Part shown: positions 44,503 through 53,588 of the stretch, piece after piece
How the letters are laid out: each line of letters opens with the position of its first letter
Numbering within the stretch: the stretch's first letter is position 1
Source of the DNA: Gemmatimonadales bacterium
GTDB taxonomy: Bacteria; Gemmatimonadota; Gemmatimonadetes; Gemmatimonadales; GWC2-71-9
Length of the DNA stretch: 63,868 bases
Assembly (NCBI GenBank): GCA_035495075.1
Contig: DATJGL010000347.1
Location: forward strand, 1-63,868
Direction: 5' to 3'
Program-made: the position numbers and the translations under genes
Notes under the pieces: generated by a model
Told to the model about the DNA's origin: nothing
Seen by the model: the letters and a program-made list of their open reading frames with translations, nothing else
Database searches by the model: none

Positions 44503-46070
44503 CGACCGGCTCCAGCGATTGCCTGGACCAGAACTCGCCCATCGAGCTTTTCCGACGGCTTGACACCGAGCACCTTGGCCAGCGTGGGCCCGATATCGGT
44601 GGTGCTCACCGGCTCGCTGAAATGGCGCGTCACGAACGCTGGTCCCAGAAAGGCGACCGGCACCCACTGGTCGTCCACGCTGGTCGTCCCATGCTCCGCG
44701 ATGACGCGTCCGGGCGACCACACGAACCCCGGCTCGAGCGTCGCGCACAGCAGCCAACCGAAGTCGTCCGGGATGGTGCGGCGCCAGAGCACTGCCGCCG
44801 TGTCAGAGTCGGGCGCGCGGCGCAATGTCTTCGGGGTGTAGACGCGTGCGACGCCCGGAACGGCCTTCACCTTGCCGGCGATCGCCTCGGCAACGCTGTC
44901 GACGTTTACACCGCTGGAGCGAAGCCTGGCGACGTCGCCGTACAGCAAGCCGGTCTCGAATCCAAATGAGGGATCGTTGCCGATCACCTGCGCCGTCGCG
45001 GTGAGCGCATCGGCGGGCCAGACGCGCCCAGCCCGCCGCCCTTTGGCGGTAGCGACTTCGGGTAGCGAAGTGATGCCATGATCGCCGGTCAGGGCCCAGA
45101 TCGTCGCGTCGCTCGGAACCAGGGTTGCGAGCGAGTCCATAAATTTTCCCAGCAAGCGGTCGGCCCGAAGTACCTGGTCGTGCAGCTCGCGCGAGTCAGG
45201 GCCCCATGCATGGCCCACGGCGTCCGTGGTGGAGAGCGATATGACCAGCAGATCCGGCGCCGGTCCCCGACCTAGCCGCAGATTCTCGATGCCGCGCAGC
45301 GCAAACGACAGGGTGAGCGAGTCCATCACCGGGAACGCCACGATCTGGAGCACCGCGGCGTCCATGTTGGGCGACAATTGATGCGGAAAGGCTATTGCGC
45401 CACCGCCAGCTTCGGCCGTCACGCTGTCGGGCTCGGGATAGGCGGAGTCGGGCAGCAACAAGGACCAGGTCGAGCCGGCGAGCTTGCGCACCGGGTCAAC
45501 CGCGTTGAACTGACGGACCCATCCCGGCAAAGTGTCTTCGGTCCGGTACCAGGTGCTGGTCGTGAAGATGCCGTGATCGAACCAGTAGACATTGCCGCGG
45601 CTCCGGCCCATCGGCAGGATCGCGCCGCGATCCTTGCGTGAGACGGAGAGCACCCGCGAGGTCGAATCGGCAGTGCGGAGCCAGTCGTAGAGCGTCGTTC
45701 CGCGAAAGCGGCGCGGAGACGCCCCCTGCCCCGAATCCTTGAGCTCCAACAACGGCGTAGTCGGATCGGCTACGCCGAGCGCGTTGGTGACGATTCCAGT
45801 GTGCGCGGGCCAGCGGCCGGAGAGCACGGTCGAATGCCCCGGCGCCGTCTCCGTGATGGCGTGGTCCTGCCGTCCCTGCTCGAAGAACGCCCCGTTGCGC
45901 CAGAAGCGGGAAAAGCCACCCGACAGCTGATGCTCGAACCGGCTGATGTAGTCGCCGCGTAGCTGGTCCACGACAACGAGCACGACCAGACGCGGGCGAG
46001 GCGCATCCGGAGGCGGGCCTGCAATGGGAACGGTGAGTGCTGCGGCTACCGCGGCGCGAAGGAAAGACAT
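44499..46070 (-). CDS. Alkaline phosphatase superfamily protein (nucleotide pyrophosphatase/phosphodiesterase, PafA-like)
   Basis: 523 aa with a signal peptide. The motifs VVVDQLRGDY, TAPGHSTVLSG and the C-terminal GDHG / EHGT metal-ligand motifs are present. Confidence 0.75.
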   Translation of the reverse strand: MSFLRAAVAAALTVPIAGPPPDAPRPRLVVLVVVDQLRGDYISRFEHQLSGGFSRFWRNGAFFEQGRQDHAITETAPGHSTVLSGRWPAHTGIVTNALGVADPTTPLLELKDSGQGASPRRFRGTTLYDWLRTADSTSRVLSVSRKDRGAILPMGRSRGNVYWFDHGIFTTSTWYRTEDTLPGWVRQFNAVDPVRKLAGSTWSLLLPDSAYPEPDSVTAEAGGGAIAFPHQLSPNMDAAVLQIVAFPVMDSLTLSFALRGIENLRLGRGPAPDLLVISLSTTDAVGHAWGPDSRELHDQVLRADRLLGKFMDSLATLVPSDATIWALTGDHGITSLPEVATAKGRRAGRVWPADALTATAQVIGNDPSFGFETGLLYGDVARLRSSGVNVDSVAEAIAGKVKAVPGVARVYTPKTLRRAPDSDTAAVLWRRTIPDDFGWLLCATLEPGFVWSPGRVIAEHGTTSVDDQWVPVAFLGPAFVTRHFSEPVSTTDIGPTLAKVLGVKPSEKLDGRVLVQAIAGAGR

Positions 46071-46137
46071 GTGCCAACTTAGCAGAAACCGCGTTGGTGC
46101 GGCAGCGCCCGCCGGCTCGCGGCTTTGCGAAGAGACG

Positions 46138-48768
46138 TCATTCGCGCACCAGGTGGGTCACCCACGCCAACGCCTCGGCACGAAACGGAAGGGCTCTGCC
46201 CCCATCGATCAAACCAGCCTCCGCCATGCCCCGCTCGTCGGCACGAACCCTCCAGGCCTCACGCCAAGGTCGTCCGAACCGCCAGCACCCGTCCACCGGT
46301 TTCGCCCGGGCGTTGTAACACCGCAATACAACCCCGTCCGGGCTCTCCTCGGCCGGTTTTACGGCCGATAGCACCAGACCTTCTCCCTCGAGCGCGATCG
46401 TGTCCGGTGGGCAAGCGAGCTCGGTGCTGTCGGGCAACCAGAACGCCTGGATGGGGAGGAAGGCGTCCTCCCACAGCGCCACGAGCTGATCCGGATGTTC
46501 AATCGTCGACTCATCGATCGGCGCGACGGCTAGCTCGACCACTTGCAGCCCGGCGCATTGCGCCAACGGGGTTGGCTCGGGCCAACCGGCGTGCCCAGGC
46601 CGGGCAGGCAAGTCTCCGCGGGACAGCCGGCCAACCGCCCGCAGTAAGGTCATCAGAAGGTCACCCTCCTGGGTCCATTCAATCTCTCCGAACCCCGGCA
46701 GCAGCAGTGTCAGGCCGCGGGGGCCTCGTGCGGCGGCGGCAAACCGGTGAACTGGAGCAGTAGGAACCGGCGTCTCGTCAGGGTAGTCGCGCGGGTCGAA
46801 GCGGACCGGCCCTCGGCGAAAGGCACCGAACTGGGCGCCGGTGAGCAACGTCGTTCCGCCCAGGCCGGTGGGAATTCGTGCTCGCAGCCGATGATCGCCG
46901 GCCCGATTGTCGAGCTGGAGCCGGACATGAACGAGAGGACTCCCCGCATGAACTCGAAGCACGAGACGCGCTCCGACCCGTGCCGCAGCGAAAGTCCACC
47001 GTCCCTCCAGCACGCCCACCAGCGGTCCGGCCGCGAGAACCCGGGTTCGGACCGGTTCTCTGCTGCGGTGATAGCCGCGCGGGCGACCGGGACCGAATGT
47101 GTAGGTGTCGCCCGCGTCGGTCTCGTCCTCGAGTCGCAACAGTCCGACGTACCGCTCGCCCGACCGACGGTCGGTGAGGTTGAGAGCGCCGCCCGGCCCG
47201 ATCGAGACCTCGACCAGCTCGTTTCGCAAGTGAGCCGTCCCAGCTCGTACCGGGCCTGACGCCGGCTCGGCACCTGGCCGCGGGGTGAGCAGCTCAAAGC
47301 CCAAACCGGCTAGGTGAGGCACCGAAAGAGCGACCCGCACCACGTCCACTTCGTCCTGGTCAGGGTAGTGACGGTCCGCGTCGAGTCGGCGTTGCCCCAG
47401 TTGTCGGCCCACCGGCTGTAGAGAGAGAACGGCGCCGTCGTCCGAAACTAAAGCAAACGGCTTGGCGCCAGCGCCCCGTCGCGACAGGCGACCCTCGCCG
47501 GGGGGACCGACCAACACGTCCCGTCGAAACCAGGTAGTATCAGCGAGCACCACACCGCTCCTTGGGCGCGCCGCAGGATTCCACAACAGCAGGCGTGGCC
47601 GTGCCGAGCCCGGCGACTCCCGCGCGCGGTCGGGCACATGATTGCACAGCCGCTGGACAGCCCGGCGCACGATTTCCTGCCCGGTGGACTGGACACTTCG
47701 CAACCGAGCTTCGGAATCCCGAGCCACTGTGTCGCTCGAGCAACCGCAGATCACATCATGGAACTGCCCGGCGAGCAGATCGTGCCAGGCAACCGAGAGC
47801 AGCGCGCGAAGCCCCGTTGCACGGCCGGACAGAGCCACGAGCGGCTCGGCGACTCGCTCCAGCAGGAGCTCGAGGCGACTGTTCTCCCGTTTGATCGGTG
47901 CTCGGGTGGAATGGACACCCTGGAGATTCCAGGTGTAGCCGTACGACCAGCGCAGCTCTCCGTTTACGACAGGCACATTCCGCGCGTGCTCGGCGGCCAA
48001 TCCGAGGAACTCATCCAGCCTCGACACGCGAACCTCGTGGTCGGGCTCGAGCGCGGCCAGGCAATCTCGCAGCCGCGGCACGGACGGGTGCGCCCAGTGG
48101 TGATCGGCGCCGAGAAAAACGGCGACGTGGCGGCCCGTCGCCCTGTCCACCAGGGTGTCCCGCAGCGAGCGCCAGGATCCCGCCGCGGTCGGCGCTGCCG
48201 CGAACAGCCCTGAGCCGGCTTCATAGCCGGCGGGTGGGAGGTGATAGATCAGCGTGTCCCCGCCGGCGGGGCCGCGCCACCGCACGAGATCACGACCGTT
48301 GGTCAGCTGGGGATCGAGGCCACGCCAGAGCACACCCGCCGGGAGGCTGAACTCGCGGGCCAGATCGGGAAGCATGGCGGGATGGCCGAATGCATCGGGA
48401 GAGTAGAGCACGTCTAGCCGGCCGCCCCACCGTTCAGCCTGCCCGCGACCGAGAAGCAGGTTCCGAATCAGCGACTCCCCCGACGGAATCTGTTCGTCCG
48501 CGAGAACGTACCAGGGCCCGATCTGGAGTCGCCCGGCCCGTACCAGTGCTTCGACACGGGAAGCCTCACCGGGGCGGACCTGCAGGTAGTCGCTGATCAG
48601 AATGGTTTGCCCGTCGAGGAGGAAGCTGCGGAAGTCCGGGTTCTGCTCCAAGCGGGTCATCAGGTCGTCCATCATCAGGACGAGCCGCGCCCCGAATGCC
48701 GCCCGCGAGAGATACCACTCCCGATCCCAATGTGTGTGCGGGATCAGGTGAAAGACGAGGCGGGTCAC
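46138..48768 (-). CDS. GH38 alpha-mannosidase-family protein (no signal peptide)
   Basis: 876 aa. The N-terminus is HLIPHTHWDREWY, and DAFGH follows later. The size and collinearity are typical of cytoplasmic GH38/mannosylglycerate hydrolase-like enzymes. Confidence 0.8.
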   Translation of the reverse strand: MTRLVFHLIPHTHWDREWYLSRAAFGARLVLMMDDLMTRLEQNPDFRSFLLDGQTILISDYLQVRPGEASRVEALVRAGRLQIGPWYVLADEQIPSGESLIRNLLLGRGQAERWGGRLDVLYSPDAFGHPAMLPDLAREFSLPAGVLWRGLDPQLTNGRDLVRWRGPAGGDTLIYHLPPAGYEAGSGLFAAAPTAAGSWRSLRDTLVDRATGRHVAVFLGADHHWAHPSVPRLRDCLAALEPDHEVRVSRLDEFLGLAAEHARNVPVVNGELRWSYGYTWNLQGVHSTRAPIKRENSRLELLLERVAEPLVALSGRATGLRALLSVAWHDLLAGQFHDVICGCSSDTVARDSEARLRSVQSTGQEIVRRAVQRLCNHVPDRARESPGSARPRLLLWNPAARPRSGVVLADTTWFRRDVLVGPPGEGRLSRRGAGAKPFALVSDDGAVLSLQPVGRQLGQRRLDADRHYPDQDEVDVVRVALSVPHLAGLGFELLTPRPGAEPASGPVRAGTAHLRNELVEVSIGPGGALNLTDRRSGERYVGLLRLEDETDAGDTYTFGPGRPRGYHRSREPVRTRVLAAGPLVGVLEGRWTFAAARVGARLVLRVHAGSPLVHVRLQLDNRAGDHRLRARIPTGLGGTTLLTGAQFGAFRRGPVRFDPRDYPDETPVPTAPVHRFAAAARGPRGLTLLLPGFGEIEWTQEGDLLMTLLRAVGRLSRGDLPARPGHAGWPEPTPLAQCAGLQVVELAVAPIDESTIEHPDQLVALWEDAFLPIQAFWLPDSTELACPPDTIALEGEGLVLSAVKPAEESPDGVVLRCYNARAKPVDGCWRFGRPWREAWRVRADERGMAEAGLIDGGRALPFRAEALAWVTHLVRE

Positions 48769-48781
48769 CCCTGCGACCGAA

Positions 48782-49081
48782 TCAGCTGTAGTTGGTGAAT
48801 GGCTCGAGCAGGAGCCGAAGATTCAGCGGCTTGAAGCGGAAGACGTGGGTGAGCCGAACCTCTGCGTCACCCGCACGCTCGACCCGGGTCTCCACCAGCT
48901 CGAAGTCGTTGGCTCCGCCGAGCCCCAGGCCGTTCAGGCGTTCGGCCTCGGCGCGGCAGACGTCGCCTGGGGTTGGGCGGCTGGCCGGGTAAGCGTCTTC
49001 GTGATGAGCGACCAATGCCCGCCAATGCCCGTCACCAGCCCGCTCGACCGACTCGCGTATGGCTTCGCGGGTGAACGCCAT
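48782..49081 (-). CDS. Hypothetical protein (99 aa)
   Basis: The ORF ends 13 nt upstream of the GH38 start. No recognisable motif was found. Confidence 0.4.
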   Translation of the reverse strand: MAFTREAIRESVERAGDGHWRALVAHHEDAYPASRPTPGDVCRAEAERLNGLGLGGANDFELVETRVERAGDAEVRLTHVFRFKPLNLRLLLEPFTNYS

Positions 49082-49090
49082 CGGAGGGGC

Positions 49091-49249
49091 TCAGCGAACC
49101 CGCGGGGCCTTGAGGGCAAAGCGAACGAACAGCAGGCCAGCAACGATCGCGCCGACCATCGTCCAGTTGACCGAGTCCATCCACGAGCTGACCTGAGTCG
49201 CCAACGTACCCAATGCATTGTGACTCACCAGCAGCGCGTACTCGACCAT
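49091..49249 (-). CDS. Hypothetical small membrane protein (52 aa), absent from the ORF track
   Basis: Hand translation gives MVEYALLVSHNALGTLATQVSSWMDSVNWTMVGAIVAGLLFVRFALKAPRVR*. GGAGG lies 6 nt upstream of the ATG. The stop is 9 nt before the next gene. Confidence 0.35.
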   Translation of the reverse strand: MVEYALLVSHNALGTLATQVSSWMDSVNWTMVGAIVAGLLFVRFALKAPRVR

Positions 49250-49447
49250 GCTGCCTCCAGGAATCGCGGCCTGTTGACCCTGTTGTGTGCAGGGTACGCA
49301 TTCGGTGTCAGCCGGTCAATCGTGGCACCCGTGCCGCAGGGGCGGCGGTGATCCTCCGGGTCCGCGGCCGCCAGCCACGGGACGTGCTACTTAACCTGTC
49401 AAAAGCGTTTTACTGGTTATATTGGGTCGGACCTCGATGGAACCCAA

Positions 49448-50083
49448 ATGATCCAGCAAGTCACCCCGCGCCCGCGATTCGAGTGGGTAGGCGGGCGCAG
49501 TTGTCTCGACTTCACGAACACCGTGGCCTGGCCACGGGGCGAGCAGGCCAACGAGCGGCTGGCCAACTACGGCGATCTGCTGGAATGGGCTTACGCGACC
49601 GCGATCCTCGACGCTGCGACAGTCCGCCGGCTCCGCCGGGCGGCGCGCGCGGCTCCGGCTGCGGCTCAGGGCACTCTTCAGAACGCCCGCGCGCTGCGAG
49701 AAGCGATTTACCAGGTGTTCGTGGCCCGCGTCGAGGGCCACGACGCAGAGCCGGGCGCCGCGATGATGCTCAACCGGTTTCTCGGTCAGGCGTTGGGGCG
49801 GCTCCGCCTCCAGGTCGAGGGCGATGGCTGCTCGTGGATGTTTACCGATGAGGGCGACGAGCTGGACCGCATGCTCTGGCCGGTCGCGTGGTCAGCCGCC
49901 AGTCTGCTCACCTCGGACGATCTACGGCTGGTCCGCCGCTGTGCGGCCGACCGGTGCGGGTGGCTCTTCCTGGATCACAGCCGGAATCGGTCCCGCCGCT
50001 GGTGCACGATGAAATCGTGCGGGAACAGTGCAAAGGCGCGCCGACATTACGCCCGCACCCGCCGTCTCAAGAAGGCAGGCTAG
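49448..50083 (+). CDS. ABATE/CGNR zinc-finger domain protein (putative regulator)
   Basis: The C-terminus CAADRCGWLFLDHSRNRSRRWCTMKSCGNSAKARRHY is the CGNR zinc-finger signature. Confidence 0.8.
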   Translation: MIQQVTPRPRFEWVGGRSCLDFTNTVAWPRGEQANERLANYGDLLEWAYATAILDAATVRRLRRAARAAPAAAQGTLQNARALREAIYQVFVARVEGHDAEPGAAMMLNRFLGQALGRLRLQVEGDGCSWMFTDEGDELDRMLWPVAWSAASLLTSDDLRLVRRCAADRCGWLFLDHSRNRSRRWCTMKSCGNSAKARRHYARTRRLKKAG

Positions 50084-51210
50084 AGCAACCGCCTGGTCGC
50101 CGCCCGGAAACGACCCGGATCGAGCAGCTTCGCCGCCGAGCTGCCAGGCACCGCCATCCTCCCATCCGACCCCATCACCAGCTTGATCACATCCACGTTC
50201 CGGCCGTACCAGCGTGTGCTGGGCTCGAGGTCGGACGGGTAGACGAAGCCGGGCAGCGACGCGACGGCGAGATCGGCCTGGCTGCCGATGCCAGATTCGG
50301 GCATCGTGCCTGCCCAAAGCAGAGCACCATAGGTCATGCCTGCGCTGTACACTCGCACAGCCTCGGTCAGCCCTCCCACGCGGTGCACTTTCAGGTTCCA
50401 CACCTTCGGGCCTTCGAGCTCGATGACCTGTCTGGCCCAACCCGCGTCGTGCAGCGTCTCGTCGAGACAGACCGGCGTCCGCAGTATCCGGCCGAGCCGA
50501 GCGTGGCCGACCAACTCTTCGGGACCGAGTGGCTGCTCGAGGTAGAGCAGGCCCAGATCGTCGAGTTGCCGAAGGTTCCTCTCGTGCTCAGGCCACTCAT
50601 ACGCGCCGTTCGCATCGGCAGTGAGCGGAACGTCCGTCCCCGCGAGGACGTCGCGTGCCGCTTTGGTCGGAACGGCGTCCCAACCAGGCGCCACCTTGAT
50701 TTTTACTCGACGGTATCCCTCGCGGAGTGCCTCTTCCACCGAACGCGCTAGCGACGCCGGCCGGCGATCCTCCGGAATGCCGAGAGCGATACCGCACGGG
50801 ATCGACGTAGCGGCAGTGACACCGAGTCGCTCGGCCACGAGCGCTGCCAAACCGGTGCGCCGCCGGTCTGCTTCCAGGTCCCACGCCGCGGTCTCGAGGC
50901 CGGCGCGGGCAAACCGATTGCCCCGGATTCCGGGGAGGAGCACAGCGTCGATGTCTTCCGGTCGCTCGAAGACGCGGCCCACCACCCGGGGAAGCAGGAC
51001 CCGCTCGAGCAGATCTCGCACGCTCGCCACCGTCTCACCCGAGTAAAACGGAAGCTCGAACGGCGCCGATTCGCCGTACCCCGTGTGTCCTTCTCCGTCG
51101 TGGAGCACGACGATCAGAGACCGGCGCTCGCGCATCACGCCGCCGGAGATCGCGAACGGCTCTTTGAGAGGCAGCGTCAGCTCGTGAAGTTCGGCGGACT
51201 CGATTTTCAT
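50080..51210 (-). CDS. Enolase-superfamily enzyme (o-succinylbenzoate synthase / N-acylamino-acid racemase / dipeptide epimerase subgroup)
   Basis: 376 aa. The KIKV (KxK), DANGAY, LEQP and CLDE metal/base motifs appear in the canonical order. Confidence 0.75.
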   Translation of the reverse strand: MKIESAELHELTLPLKEPFAISGGVMRERRSLIVVLHDGEGHTGYGESAPFELPFYSGETVASVRDLLERVLLPRVVGRVFERPEDIDAVLLPGIRGNRFARAGLETAAWDLEADRRRTGLAALVAERLGVTAATSIPCGIALGIPEDRRPASLARSVEEALREGYRRVKIKVAPGWDAVPTKAARDVLAGTDVPLTADANGAYEWPEHERNLRQLDDLGLLYLEQPLGPEELVGHARLGRILRTPVCLDETLHDAGWARQVIELEGPKVWNLKVHRVGGLTEAVRVYSAGMTYGALLWAGTMPESGIGSQADLAVASLPGFVYPSDLEPSTRWYGRNVDVIKLVMGSDGRMAVPGSSAAKLLDPGRFRAATRRLL

Positions 51211-51222
51211 CGGCGGCGTTCT

Positions 51223-52377
51223 TCAGGGCTCAGGTGGGGAAGAGGGCACGTCGAGAAAGCGCAGCTCGCCGTCACGGCGATGAATCACGCCCCGCTCCTC
51301 CAGGTCCAACATGGCCGAGATTATTCCGTCCTCGGGGTCGAACACAAGAGCGTGAAGAGCCCGAGCCGTACGAGATCCCGCGGTCGCCGGATATTCGCCG
51401 AGCGGTAGCTGAAAGAACGTGTGGAGCTGGCCGCTCTGGCAGCCGCGTCGGGCGTATTCGAGCATCAGGCGACCAGAGCAGATGTTGCCGGTAGCGCTGA
51501 GGCCATTCGGTCCGGAGCCGCGTGCGTTCATGGCATCGAGCACCCGGAGATTCCGATCGCTCAAGTCCCACCCGCCGTACGCGACCCGACGCTCGGAGTC
51601 GAAGAGGCGATTGAAGACCGTTACCCCATCCGCTTCGTGCGCTGCGGCCAGCATCTGGAGCTGGAAGTCGTCGTCGAACCTCGCGTTCATCAACTTGAGC
51701 TGCACCCGCCCGCCATTCGGTGCCGCGGCGCGGATGCGACCGGGCACCTCGGCGACCCAGCGAAGGATCTGACTCCGCTCATCGGCCAGGGGGTCGCCGG
51801 CCAGCGTGGGGGAGAAATCCTTCTCGACCGGGAGCTGACCCTCCCCCCACGCGTCGGCCAATGCAGCGGTGGTGTGAGCATACTCGCCCTCGAGGAATGG
51901 TTCGCCCAATCGCGGCAGATTGTACTTGACCGACGGGACCACCAGCATTCCGTCCTTGCCGGCTCGGGTCAGATCTCGACCGGTTCGGACCAGCGCCAGA
52001 TAGTCGTCGAGCGAGCGGTCCCATCCCCTGCCCTTCCACGTCACAGTCCAGCCGTCGTCCCCATTCAAGCCGGTCCGGTGTTCGACTGTCATGCGGGTCT
52101 CGTGAATGGCCCAGGCGCTCATAGAGCGCTCGCCGGACGCGGCCTCCGCGATGAGCGTTTTGAGAACTACGAATGCCAGGCCCGCCGCACGATCGGCCTC
52201 CAACTGATCGGCGTTGAGCGAGAGCTGGCCGGAGCCTTTGCCGAAGGGGTGCGGGAGCTGGTAGCCGAGATAGCGGGCGGTGAGGTCGATCCGGTAGGTC
52301 TGACGCACGTACTCGGCGAAGTCGCGAGGCAACTCGCCCCGAAAGCGCTCGAAGTCAGTCGAAAGCCGAGCGCGCAC
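51223..52377 (-). CDS. Dihydroorotate-dehydrogenase-like TIM-barrel flavoprotein family member
   Basis: The motifs LPHPFGKGSGQLS, VVLKT and the C-terminal ATGNICSGRLMLEYARRGCQSGQLHT resemble class-1 DHOD/PreA-like folds. The start is uncertain: GTG 52377 overlaps the upstream gene, and the alternative is TTG 52332. Confidence 0.5.
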   Translation of the reverse strand: MRARLSTDFERFRGELPRDFAEYVRQTYRIDLTARYLGYQLPHPFGKGSGQLSLNADQLEADRAAGLAFVVLKTLIAEAASGERSMSAWAIHETRMTVEHRTGLNGDDGWTVTWKGRGWDRSLDDYLALVRTGRDLTRAGKDGMLVVPSVKYNLPRLGEPFLEGEYAHTTAALADAWGEGQLPVEKDFSPTLAGDPLADERSQILRWVAEVPGRIRAAAPNGGRVQLKLMNARFDDDFQLQMLAAAHEADGVTVFNRLFDSERRVAYGGWDLSDRNLRVLDAMNARGSGPNGLSATGNICSGRLMLEYARRGCQSGQLHTFFQLPLGEYPATAGSRTARALHALVFDPEDGIISAMLDLEERGVIHRRDGELRFLDVPSSPPEP

Positions 52378-53272
52378 GACGCACCACCTGCTCGACCTCG
52401 CCCCGCTCCTGAGCCGCGAGCGCCGGCCCCCACGGATCATCGCAGGCATCCCAGTGAATAGCGCCATCGGCGGCCGCCGCCCAGAGCATTCGCCGGACGT
52501 AGCCTTCCATGGGGGCGCGAAAAGTCACCCGGGCAAGCTCGTCGCAGACGGAGGACAGCCGAACAAACCGGGCCCAATCGCTGGTAACGCGGCTTCGGAT
52601 CAGCTCCGCTTGGAGGTCAGGCAGGGCGGCGCCCATGCCGATCAGCGCCGCCTCGGCACCAAGCAGCAGTGAATACCCGAGGAAACGATCCTCGCCGGTA
52701 ATGAGCAACTTCCCGCGCTGCTCTCGGAGGCGGGCGGCGAGGTCCTGAAATGTCATCACCGAATCCAGCGTCGCGACCTTGATGCCCAGGACCGCAGGAA
52801 GCGCAACGAGCTCGGCCACCGTGTCCAGCGGCCACGCAACACCGCCTGCCGCCTCATAGAGATAGAACACGATGACCGGCAGGTGGCTTCCGAGTCGTTG
52901 ATGGTACCCTATCGGGTCCTCGCCGCGCGGGAACGCCAGCACCGCGTCGGCGCCGAGATCCCGCGCTTCTGCTGCGCTGGCCTCATCCCAAGCGCCCGCC
53001 ACGAGGATTCGATCGCCGAGACCTGCGCGCCAGGCACTCAGCACACGCCTGCGGTCGTCCGGCGCGAGGTGGCGCCCGCGGCCCGTGTGCACGCTTACGG
53101 CCACGCCGGCCACCGGGTGCCGGGCCATCCATACGACGTAGCCCGCCAACGCCGCTTCGTCGAGGCGACCGTTGCTCCACGGCACCGGGACCGCGGGCAC
53201 CAGCCTTCCGCGGAGACGAGCCACGAGATCGCTCACCCTGCTGCCCAAGCGGGCCTCGTTAGGCCGTGCCAC
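52355..53272 (-). CDS. DapA/N-acetylneuraminate-lyase family aldolase-like protein (divergent)
   Basis: The GTG 53272 start is chosen. The motifs LVPAVPVPW...GRLDEAAL and the candidate Schiff-base Lys in LGIKVATLD are present. The usual GTTGE motif is replaced by HTGRG. Confidence 0.55.
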   Translation of the reverse strand: MARPNEARLGSRVSDLVARLRGRLVPAVPVPWSNGRLDEAALAGYVVWMARHPVAGVAVSVHTGRGRHLAPDDRRRVLSAWRAGLGDRILVAGAWDEASAAEARDLGADAVLAFPRGEDPIGYHQRLGSHLPVIVFYLYEAAGGVAWPLDTVAELVALPAVLGIKVATLDSVMTFQDLAARLREQRGKLLITGEDRFLGYSLLLGAEAALIGMGAALPDLQAELIRSRVTSDWARFVRLSSVCDELARVTFRAPMEGYVRRMLWAAAADGAIHWDACDDPWGPALAAQERGEVEQVVRRARSAFD

Positions 53273-53588
53273 GATGATGTTCCCGCAGGAAGCGTTGCTC
53301 TTCGATGATGATCTTGAGCGGCACACCGACGTCCAGTTGGAGCGCGACCTCGCGGCCTCCGATTCGGACCACCGATCCCTTGACCTCGACCGTCTCGTTG
53401 CGCCGAAAGCGAATCGTTCCCGCCACCGCGTCGCCCTGTTTGAGCAAGAGACTGTCGTCGGTCTTGAAGCGGACCCCACCCTCCGAAACGTCGATCACCT
53501 CGAACGTGCGGCTGCCAATAGAGATCTGGGGACGTGTGGCGACAGGATACTGGATTCGAGTATGCCGACGCTCATTCGAGTAGTTCAT
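53259..53588 (-). CDS. Stand-alone PilZ domain protein (c-di-GMP receptor)
   Basis: 109 aa. RRHTR (RxxxR) is followed 25 residues later by DVSEGG (DxSxxG). The ATG overlaps the upstream stop (ATGA), and the 3' end overlaps the next gene by 14 nt. Confidence 0.8.
   Translation of the reverse strand: MNYSNERRHTRIQYPVATRPQISIGSRTFEVIDVSEGGVRFKTDDSLLLKQGDAVAGTIRFRRNETVEVKGSVVRIGGREVALQLDVGVPLKIIIEEQRFLREHHRGTA

Noticed and set aside
49091-49249. The small ORF as an Flp/Fap-type pilin (MVEYALL resembles the Flp E-Y motif)
   Set aside because: There is no leader peptide or G/x cleavage site before the E-Y. The segment after it is polar rather than the hydrophobic Flp core, and no tad/cpa genes are nearby.
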